A DNA stretch of 32,000 nt from an uncultured Alphaproteobacteria bacterium (GTDB lineage Bacteria > Pseudomonadota > Alphaproteobacteria > Rs-D84 > CACZYB01): assembly GCA_934246625.1 (NCBI GenBank), contig CAKQHZ010000002.1, forward strand, positions 60,001 to 92,000, given 5' to 3'. How positions within the stretch are numbered: position 1 is the first letter of the stretch; the number at the start of each line of letters is the position of its first letter. Below, piece after piece: positions 16,751 through 24,251 of this stretch. The notes under the pieces are model-generated. The model saw nothing but the letters and a program-made list of their open reading frames with translations. It ran no database searches and was not told the origin of the DNA. Position numbers and translations under genes: made by a program.

Positions 16751-19405
16751 TTATTTTTCTTTTCCTTCTTCCTCTTTATTTTCATCCGTCTTTGTGGAAT
16801 TAAGTATATCATCAGCACCAAGGACAACAGCTGTCACATTTTGGTCAAATAATTCCTTACCACGACCCATATAATGACCTTTTAACGCAGGAAGTTCAAT
16901 TGTTTTACTACTTGATTCTTTTACAAGACCTAAGAACTTTTCTGTTTTTGTTCGTTGTGTAACAACACACTTTCCATTTTCAATTCTTTGGTTATCATAT
17001 GAAACTTTTTTACTACCACCAAACATAGAAGAAATGAATCCTATAGCAGCTGGTATTCCACCAAGGACATTACCTCCTGCAATAATAGAAAGCCCAGCCA
17101 AAGCAAAACTACTTTTTACTCTTTCTATTGCAGTATTTGTTTCACTACCATTTGGTTTACCAGCAACACTAACATTTGATTTTTCATTTTCTTCATCGGC
17201 TTGTTTTTGTAAATCTTCCAAAACCTTTATCAATAATTCATTTTTACCAGTGCAAGAATATTCAAGCATACCATCATAAAGAATACTCATTGCATATCTT
17301 GATGGTTCCATAATTGATGTTTTAAAGTATGGAGCATCAACACAATAAATTTCAGTATATCCATCTGGCAAAGCAGAAGATGTTGTGGTTGTATTGCCAT
17401 TTGCGTCCATTGTTGTAACAGTCGCATCTTTTACATCGCCATCACGATTGATATAAATACTTTGAATATTCAAAAGGTTTGAAAGTTCTTCTAACTTCTT
17501 TGGTGATTTAAGGTTCATAAAGAAGTTATCCATACCTTGAATACATTCGGCATAATTTTCACCACAAACTGCACGCATAGAACTCATAACTTTAGGAGTG
17601 CAATAATTTGCAATTTGTCTTGGATATGTATCTGTGTAAAGTTTTGCACGTTCTTTACGTTGAGCGATAAGACTTTTATCAACTTCAAGTTTTTTCATAT
17701 CAAGATTAAGGTTTGCATTAAGAATTGCAATTTCCGCCTCTGATTTTGCATTTGCAATTTCCGCACGCATATTTGCAAGGTTAATTGAAATATCTGCATC
17801 TGCTTGTTGTAAAGATTGGAAAGAAGATGCAATAGTTTTAAGATCTTTTGTCTTTTTCTTAACAAGTTTTGCAACCTCATCCTCAATATAGTTTTTAAGA
17901 TAAGTATCAAAATTTGCATATTGAGTATTACGCACAGAAATCATAGTATTTTCATACATATCACATGATTTTTTTGCACTTAAGAAATCTGATTGAACAA
18001 GAAACATTTGGTCATAAGTCAATTCGTCTTCTGTTGTAATTTCTGTTTTTGGAGCAAGGTTATAAAGTGAAGTTTTATCTTCATCAATACCCTTTTCCTC
18101 TGCTTCTTTAGCTATCTTTGATTCAATAGTTCTGTTTTCACCATTAAAACTACATTTATTTGTTTTTTGGTTATATTCATAAGAAGCTGGACAATAAACC
18201 TTTGCAGTTCCAGCAAGGTAATATCTTTCCAAATCGCTACGAACTTCGGCTTCACCACAATTTGTAAGTATAGAAATATCTGACTTTATAGTTTTTTCAT
18301 CTTCAGTCAAAGTTTTTCCAGCAGGTTTAAACACCTGTGCACCAAAGCAAATATCACTTGCCTTTTGGAAAATACCACTTGCATTTAAACTTCCTGCGCC
18401 AACAGGTGGCACAACATTGATAGAAAATAATTCACTATCAGAAGATGCCAATCCCAAATCTTCCATCAAATCGGAAACTGAATTTGTTTCTGAGCATGTG
18501 CAACCAGCACTTCCTTCTTGACAAGATTTGTTATCACTATCAACACAAGTCTTACTTGTCAAACTCATCATATCCCAATTTTCAAGGTCAAGTTTTGAAA
18601 TTTTATTTTTAAAAAGATTTGTTTGTTCAAAGTTAATAATTTTAAGTTCACCCGCTTGAACACGTCTATTTGCTTCGGCATAGTAAGCAGCAGAATCCTT
18701 TGTCGCAAACACATTATTTTTGCTTTTACCACCATTTGAATATTGTTTTATATTACATTTATTTACTGGCATACCAGCCACACCAACTTCTGATGTATCC
18801 AAATCACAATAATAATTATATGACATATAAAGTTCATTTATATCCTTTTGATTTGAACAAAAGTTATAATTATTAAAGGCATTTTCCTTACCAATTTTAT
18901 TTAATGACAAATCAACCTTTCCACTTGTTGAATTGATAAGGTTATCATTTCTTTTTGACATTTGTTCTTCTGAACAATATTTAGAAGTTGTTGCATCACC
19001 AAACAAATTATCAACATTACTTGAATTATAATAAATACAACGCAATGGGTCATTTGTTTCTTGCATAGCTTGAACACCTTGGTCATCAGCCAAATAGCTA
19101 TAAGATGCAATTATATTATTGATTTGCAAATCCATACATTCTGTATATGCGGAACGACAATCCTTTTTTGCTGAACCACTTGAAGTTGTTCCAGTCGCAA
19201 TAACACCACGACCAGCAGTTCTTCCTGCTTGACGTTTGTTTCCAACACTTCTCACAGACTTTTTAGAAGAGCCACCTCTTGATGCTTGACGTTTTGTTGA
19301 TTTTTTACCAGATGATTTTGAAGTTTTTCTCGCCGCAAATGCAGGCAAAGTAAATTCACCAATAAAAGTAAATAAACTAAGGAAAACTATAAAATTTTTA
19401 AACAT
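16751..19405 (-). CDS. large exported cysteine-rich protein, tandem paralog C (~884 aa) with C-terminal glycine-zipper hydrophobic segment; function unknown
   Basis: SD GGGAGA lies 7 nt before ATG 19405 (the track's TTG 19420 is probably too early). Signal peptide MFKNFIVFLSLFTFIGEFTLPAFA|ARKTSK, a basic linker, and the scaffold motifs (CRSAYTECMDLQI, PLRCIYYN, LYMSYNYYCD, ELFSINVVPPVGA, LERYYLAG, SAKKSCDMYE, IYCVDAPYF). I count 22 Cys. Confidence 0.92.
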   Translation of the reverse strand: MFKNFIVFLSLFTFIGEFTLPAFAARKTSKSSGKKSTKRQASRGGSSKKSVRSVGNKRQAGRTAGRGVIATGTTSSGSAKKDCRSAYTECMDLQINNIIASYSYLADDQGVQAMQETNDPLRCIYYNSSNVDNLFGDATTSKYCSEEQMSKRNDNLINSTSGKVDLSLNKIGKENAFNNYNFCSNQKDINELYMSYNYYCDLDTSEVGVAGMPVNKCNIKQYSNGGKSKNNVFATKDSAAYYAEANRRVQAGELKIINFEQTNLFKNKISKLDLENWDMMSLTSKTCVDSDNKSCQEGSAGCTCSETNSVSDLMEDLGLASSDSELFSINVVPPVGAGSLNASGIFQKASDICFGAQVFKPAGKTLTEDEKTIKSDISILTNCGEAEVRSDLERYYLAGTAKVYCPASYEYNQKTNKCSFNGENRTIESKIAKEAEEKGIDEDKTSLYNLAPKTEITTEDELTYDQMFLVQSDFLSAKKSCDMYENTMISVRNTQYANFDTYLKNYIEDEVAKLVKKKTKDLKTIASSFQSLQQADADISINLANMRAEIANAKSEAEIAILNANLNLDMKKLEVDKSLIAQRKERAKLYTDTYPRQIANYCTPKVMSSMRAVCGENYAECIQGMDNFFMNLKSPKKLEELSNLLNIQSIYINRDGDVKDATVTTMDANGNTTTTSSALPDGYTEIYCVDAPYFKTSIMEPSRYAMSILYDGMLEYSCTGKNELLIKVLEDLQKQADEENEKSNVSVAGKPNGSETNTAIERVKSSFALAGLSIIAGGNVLGGIPAAIGFISSMFGGSKKVSYDNQRIENGKCVVTQRTKTEKFLGLVKESSSKTIELPALKGHYMGRGKELFDQNVTAVVLGADDILNSTKTDENKEEEGKEK

Positions 19406-19552
19406 ATATCCATCTCCCAATTTTCACATAAAATTCTAATATATATTTTTTCTCTTAATTATATTACAATCATTCGAAACAAAAGTAAATAATTTTATTG
19501 ATTTTTCTCATATTTTTTTGTAAAAGATATATGTCAAAATGAAAGGGAGAAA

Positions 19553-21268
19553 ATGAATATATTTATGATTCTTATTATGGCTGTTATGCTAGGAATGTAT
19601 CAATACTTTACTGCAAAAAAGTCATCTGAAGTAACATTAAATAAAGAAGAACGAGCTTTCGAAGTTGAACTTAACTGTCTTAAACAATTTCATGATTATG
19701 GAGCATCACGAAACGAAGCACAACTTACATCTGGTCCAATAAATCCAAATTATACCTGTGCTGGACACGAAAATATAAAAATGTATAAATATTGCCTTAA
19801 TAATAACGTTGAAACACCTTGTTCTGAAACATCAATCACAGAACATTGCGTTGCAACCACTATGGCAAAGGAAAAATTGGATAATTCATTAAAAGCACTC
19901 CTTTTTCAAAAGGGTATTGATGAAATAAAGGCTGGAAATCTAATAAAAGGAAAAAAAATATCAGCACAAAATCACCCTGTATCAACAGTTGCCTCAACAT
20001 CTTTTGGACTTACAACCTGTGTTCCTGCTGAACGTATTTCACAAAATGAAAAACTTGCAAAGGATAATTGTGCAAAGGAAGGTAAATTTGCCACACTTAA
20101 AGCTGATGGTTCTTTTGAATGCACCGATGTGCCAGAAGTTTCCGAATGCACCGCACACGAAGATTCTGTTGTAAATATATCTGGTCGTCAAAATTGCACT
20201 GGTCCTATAAATGGTAAATATTGTTGTGCAAAAATCAATCTTGAAAAAACTGTTTGTGGAAGCGATCCAAACATCAAAGCAACATGGAACGCAAATACTC
20301 GTTTTTATAATTGCACAACTGGTGAAGAAACCTGTAATGTAAAAGATAATGTTATGGACGTTGTTGATGAAAACAATACAAAGAAAGACGAAATAATAAT
20401 CAAAAAAGATTCAACCGATAAATTTTATATTGCAAAATATAATACAACAAAAAAGGCATGGGATTGTATTCCAAATTCACGATTACTTATCGACCTTTGT
20501 AAATCAAAAACATTGGAAAACGAACTTGCATACGTTTCTGTTTCCGACCTTTCTGTTTCAAATGGAAAGCCTGTATGTAAAGGAGCATCAAGCAAAGCGC
20601 CAAGTGCTGTTGAAACTTGTTCTGCTTGTGGTATTCCAACACTTAACAAATCAACAAACCAATGGTATTGCAAATACCCAAATTGGAACACCGAATTAAA
20701 AAATAATCCAACCGCAATGAACAATTACATAAACACCGTCTACAAAGCATCTGGTATAAATAATAAGGGTATTGAAGCCTGCTTTAGAGGCTGTTCTGCA
20801 GATATGATAAACAAATTAAGACAAGGTGTTGTAAATGGACTTTTATGGGGATTAACCTGGAATAACAACTCAAAGCTATTTGAATGCTTTAAATGTGGAG
20901 ATTATTCAAATGAAAATGGTTCTTCTTTCTATAATGGTGCATATATAAACAACCTATGTAAAAATGGAAACTTTTCATCAACTCCAGCATCCGTTTGCAT
21001 AGATAATAAGTATTCCGATGCTACTTGCACAAATTCTGAAATCAACGGAAGATGTGTTATAAAATGTTGTAATGACTTATATCAAAAACGTGGAACAGAT
21101 GGTAAATGTTATACAAAATGGTGCCGAAAAATTCCTGCTGAAATAAATGCAGTTATCAACAAACCACAAGAAAAAGTATGTCCAAAAACACACCCTCGTT
21201 CTATATATAATTCAGTTCAGGATTGTGTATATTGCATAAAAACACCACCTGTATCAACAGATAAATAA
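19553..21268 (+). CDS. exported or membrane-anchored cysteine-rich protein E (571 aa), unknown family
   Basis: SD agggag lies before the ATG. The N-terminus is uncharged and hydrophobic (MNIFMILIMAVMLGMYQYF), a signal sequence or signal anchor. I count 36 Cys (about 6% of residues) spread over the whole length, including CC, CxxC and CxC pairs. It is transcribed divergently from paralog C. Confidence 0.88.
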   Translation: MNIFMILIMAVMLGMYQYFTAKKSSEVTLNKEERAFEVELNCLKQFHDYGASRNEAQLTSGPINPNYTCAGHENIKMYKYCLNNNVETPCSETSITEHCVATTMAKEKLDNSLKALLFQKGIDEIKAGNLIKGKKISAQNHPVSTVASTSFGLTTCVPAERISQNEKLAKDNCAKEGKFATLKADGSFECTDVPEVSECTAHEDSVVNISGRQNCTGPINGKYCCAKINLEKTVCGSDPNIKATWNANTRFYNCTTGEETCNVKDNVMDVVDENNTKKDEIIIKKDSTDKFYIAKYNTTKKAWDCIPNSRLLIDLCKSKTLENELAYVSVSDLSVSNGKPVCKGASSKAPSAVETCSACGIPTLNKSTNQWYCKYPNWNTELKNNPTAMNNYINTVYKASGINNKGIEACFRGCSADMINKLRQGVVNGLLWGLTWNNNSKLFECFKCGDYSNENGSSFYNGAYINNLCKNGNFSSTPASVCIDNKYSDATCTNSEINGRCVIKCCNDLYQKRGTDGKCYTKWCRKIPAEINAVINKPQEKVCPKTHPRSIYNSVQDCVYCIKTPPVSTDK

Positions 21269-21274
21269 AAAACA

Positions 21275-21297
21275 ATCCCTTTGAAAAACAAAGGGAT
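21275..21297. terminator. hairpin terminator between convergent genes E and xer
   Basis: Stem atcccttt (21275-21282) pairs with aaagggat (21290-21297), then ttatttt. An A-rich run lies 5' for the opposite strand. Confidence 0.7.
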
Positions 21298-22218
21298 TTA
21301 TTTTGCATGTGGGTGAGCCCTCTTATACGTTTTTATAACTTCGTTCATATTCAATTTGGTATAAAGCTGTGTTGTTGAAAGTGAGCTATGTCCCAACAAT
21401 TCTTGAATAGTCCGCAAATCAGTTCCATTTAACAATAACTGTGTTGCAAAACTATGTCTTAAACTATGTGGAGTAGTTTCCTTTGGAAGCCCAACATAAT
21501 TTCTTGCCTTTTCAATATCTCGCTCTGCAACTCGAGGAGTAAGTCTTGCCCCTCTGCTTCCACGGAAAATTGGGTCATTCATTCGAAAATCAAATGGTGC
21601 CACCTTTAAATACTCATCAATAACATCTGTTATAATTGGCAACAATGGAACAATTCGTGTTTTATTTCCTTTACCTTTTATAACCAAAACATCAACATTT
21701 TTTATATCTGAAAGGTTAAGATTTAACGCCTCTGAAATACGAAGACCTGCCCCATAAATAAGTGTGAACAAAGCCTTATCACGTTTGGCTTGCCACTTTT
21801 CAAGAATAACCAAATCAAAGCTATCAAGAAGTTTTATTACATCAACCCCATCAACCGCCTTTGACAATCGCTTTGGCACCTTTGGAGATTTTAAAATTTC
21901 TATATTCGAATTCCTTGCAATATCATTTTCATTTACAAATTTAAAAAAATTCTTAATACTTGAAATTGTTCGTGCAATACTGGTTGCACTTAATTCCTTT
22001 TCACAGTCATTTTTAATATGTGCAACAAATCCACGAAATTCAGTAATGGAAATATGCTCCAAATCTTTCTCAGTCAAATTATTTTTATTATATATTTGAT
22101 AAAGATAAGCAATAAATTTATTAAAATCGCGATTGTATCCTTTCACTGTATTTTCCGAAACTCTTCGTTCAGATTTCAAAAAATCCAACCACATATTTTT
22201 TATTTGAATTATATCCAT
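21298..22218 (-). CDS. site-specific tyrosine recombinase, XerC/XerD family
   Basis: N-terminal core-binding region (FLKSERRVSENTVKGYNRDFNKF). Catalytic residues sit in GAGLRISEAL (Arg), PHSLRHSFATQLL (His-x-x-Arg) and LGHSSLSTTQLYTKL (His, Tyr). Confidence 0.88.
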   Translation of the reverse strand: MDIIQIKNMWLDFLKSERRVSENTVKGYNRDFNKFIAYLYQIYNKNNLTEKDLEHISITEFRGFVAHIKNDCEKELSATSIARTISSIKNFFKFVNENDIARNSNIEILKSPKVPKRLSKAVDGVDVIKLLDSFDLVILEKWQAKRDKALFTLIYGAGLRISEALNLNLSDIKNVDVLVIKGKGNKTRIVPLLPIITDVIDEYLKVAPFDFRMNDPIFRGSRGARLTPRVAERDIEKARNYVGLPKETTPHSLRHSFATQLLLNGTDLRTIQELLGHSSLSTTQLYTKLNMNEVIKTYKRAHPHAK

Positions 22219-22290
22219 TTTTATCTTGTATATCAGTTAATTCCTTTTTATAATTATAATACAAACAAAGAAAAAACAAAAGGATAAAAA

Positions 22291-22791
22291 ATGAATTGGG
22301 ACGAATATTTCATTTCCATTGCAGAACAAGTTGCAAAAAAATCAAAGGACCCATCAACAAAAACAGGCTGTGTCATAGTCGATAAAAAATACAGACCTGT
22401 ATCATTCGGATATAATGGTTTTATTTCAGGTTGCAATGAAAACAAAATGACAAATGAACGCCCTATGAAATACTACCTTACAATACACGCAGAAATGAAC
22501 GCTCTTATGTTTGCAAAACGAGATTTGGAAAATTGTATTTTATACACACTATATGCACCATGTGAAAATTGCCTTAAACATATTCTTCAATCAGGAATAA
22601 AAAAAATCATTTACAAAAATCCAGTTGTTCAAAGCAAAGTTTGTGGTGTAAAAAATTCTATGACAACATCAGATACAAATATTGCAATCACAAGAATGCT
22701 TCAATCTCTTCCTGATATAGAATGTAAAAACATAAATGGAAAAAGTTATATCGAAGAAATTTGGAACGATTGCGAAATTCCAGAATTTTAA
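22291..22791 (+). CDS. dCMP deaminase (cytidine/deoxycytidylate deaminase family, ComEB-like)
   Basis: Zinc-binding motifs HAEMNAL and PCENC, and N-terminal WDEYFISIAEQVAKKSKDPSTKTGCVIV, typical of dCMP deaminases. Confidence 0.82.
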   Translation: MNWDEYFISIAEQVAKKSKDPSTKTGCVIVDKKYRPVSFGYNGFISGCNENKMTNERPMKYYLTIHAEMNALMFAKRDLENCILYTLYAPCENCLKHILQSGIKKIIYKNPVVQSKVCGVKNSMTTSDTNIAITRMLQSLPDIECKNINGKSYIEEIWNDCEIPEF

Positions 22792-22793
22792 AA

Positions 22794-23162
22794 TTATTCT
22801 TCTGCTTCATCAGAATCTTTATCATCACTGGCATCATAGTTTTCATCTTCTATTTTACCAGTTTTATAATCATTTTGCCTATTATACAAATCTTGCACAG
22901 AATACACAGGTGTCAACTTATACTTATCCCCACTTTGAGAAACTCCAGTCCTTGCATCACTTAAATCATCATTAAGATAATGTGGAAGTTTAGGCTCCTC
23001 ATCATACTGCACAGGCTTTTGATTAAATTCAACAGTTTCTTCTTTTATCTTTATAACACCTTTTTCATCACGGGCATAGGAAAATCCCTGCAATCTACCA
23101 GGAGCAGAAAAAACATCAATACCATAAACCAAAAACAAAGCTAATAATAAAAATTTTCTCAT
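22794..23162 (-). CDS. small secreted acidic protein, hypothetical
   Basis: Signal peptide MRKFLLLALFLVYGIDVFSA|PG and a highly acidic C-terminus (DENYDASDDKDSDEAEE). No family recognised. Confidence 0.55.
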   Translation of the reverse strand: MRKFLLLALFLVYGIDVFSAPGRLQGFSYARDEKGVIKIKEETVEFNQKPVQYDEEPKLPHYLNDDLSDARTGVSQSGDKYKLTPVYSVQDLYNRQNDYKTGKIEDENYDASDDKDSDEAEE

Positions 23163-23185
23163 ATAAATATACTAACATATTCTTA

Positions 23186-23214
23186 TTGCTTTTTAAATAA
23201 AAAAAAGATATATT
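23186..23214 (+). promoter_or_regulatory. candidate promoter of rnpB
   Basis: TTGCTT (23186-23191), 17-nt spacer, TATATT (23209-23214). The predicted start about 7 nt downstream coincides with the first base of the P1 helix (about 23221). Confidence 0.55.
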
Positions 23215-23220
23215 CTAACA

Positions 23221-23507
23221 CTGGACGGTCAGAGAACTGCTGTATGTTTGGCATATAGAGGAAAGTCCGGACACCACAAGGGAAAGATAATGGGTAATGC
23301 CCATCAGGAGTAATCCGAGGATAAGAGCCACAGAGACGAGCCTGTTAAGTCAGGGTGAAACGCGGCAATCTCTATCTGGTGCAAGACTAAACAGGATAGC
23401 GTTGAGTGCCCTTGGGAGCTATCGGGTAAGTCGCAAAGAGTTATACAGCAATGTATATCCAAGATGAATAGTTCTCTAACACAGAATCCGGCTTATAGAC
23501 TGTCCAT
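23221..23507 (+). ncRNA. rnpB: RNase P RNA, bacterial type A, unusually short (about 287 nt)
   Basis: Universally conserved blocks AGAGGAAAGTCCGGAC (about 23257-23272) and ACACAGAATCCGGCTTATAG (about 23480-23499). P1 pairing is tggacggtc (23222-23230) with gactgtcca (23498-23506). P2 pairing is agagaact with agttctct. GGGTGAAA and CCAAGATGAATAG blocks are also present. Confidence 0.92.
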
Positions 23508-23524
23508 TTTTATAAGGTAAAAAT

Positions 23525-24187
23525 ATGGTATCAATAACAAATAGAACAAAAGTTCGTGTAAAAACCACAAAATACAAAAGTAAATCTTCTGTAAAGTGGC
23601 TTCAACGACAACTAAACGACCCCTTTGTAAAAAAGGCTCATGAACTTGGATATCGTTCACGTGCAACTTTTAAAATCATTGAAATTGATGATAAATTTCA
23701 CCTTTTCAAACATGGCAAAAAAGTTGTCGACATTGGTTCTGCTCCTGGTGGTTGGAGCGATATTGCTGTGCGTCGTGTGGGAAAGGGAAATGTTGCCGCA
23801 ATCGACATTTTGGAAATGAAACCTATTGATGGCGTAAAATTCAAACAAATTGATTTCAATCTTGATGAGGCAAAGGAATTTTTAATTGATGCATTGGACG
23901 GAAAGGCTGATGTCGTAATTTCTGACATTGCCCCAAACACAACTGGCAATCAATCCGTTGACCATTTACAAATTATGGCATTAGTTGAACAAGCCTTTTA
24001 TTTTGCTATTGATGTCCTAAGACAAAACGGAAGTTTCGTTGCAAAGGTTCGTCAAGGTGGCACAGAGGCATCTCTTCTTGCCGAAATGAAAAAACACTTT
24101 TCAAGTGTAAAACACTTCAAACCAAATTCTTCACGAAAGGAAAGTGCAGAAACCTATGTAATTGCACAGGGATTCAAGGGTGAATAA
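23525..24187 (+). CDS. rlmE: 23S rRNA (uridine2552-2'-O)-methyltransferase RlmE (FtsJ)
   Basis: WLQRQLNDPFVKKAHELGYRSRATFKIIEIDDKF, the SAM motif VVDIGSAPGGWS, and DVVISDIAPNTTGN. Confidence 0.93.
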   Translation: MVSITNRTKVRVKTTKYKSKSSVKWLQRQLNDPFVKKAHELGYRSRATFKIIEIDDKFHLFKHGKKVVDIGSAPGGWSDIAVRRVGKGNVAAIDILEMKPIDGVKFKQIDFNLDEAKEFLIDALDGKADVVISDIAPNTTGNQSVDHLQIMALVEQAFYFAIDVLRQNGSFVAKVRQGGTEASLLAEMKKHFSSVKHFKPNSSRKESAETYVIAQGFKGE

Positions 24188-24207
24188 AAATAAAAATTTA
24201 AAAAAAA

Positions 24208-24247
24208 AGCCCCTCTTTTTTTAAGAAGGGCTTTTATTATTTTTTTA
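24208..24247. terminator. bidirectional terminator between rlmE and the convergent OMP gene
   Basis: Imperfect hairpin agccc(c)tctt / aaga(a)gggct flanked by A9 on the 5' side and a T-rich run on the 3' side. Confidence 0.7.
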
Positions 24248-24251
24248 ATGT

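Noticed and set aside
21298-22218. The tyrosine recombinase as an integrase marking the Cys-rich cluster as a mobile island
   Set aside because: The sequence looks like housekeeping XerC/XerD (full core-binding domain and R-H-R-H-Y set). There is no adjacent tRNA, I found no flanking direct repeats at 8.9 kb and 21.3 kb, and no obvious compositional shift. Mobility is not supported from this window.
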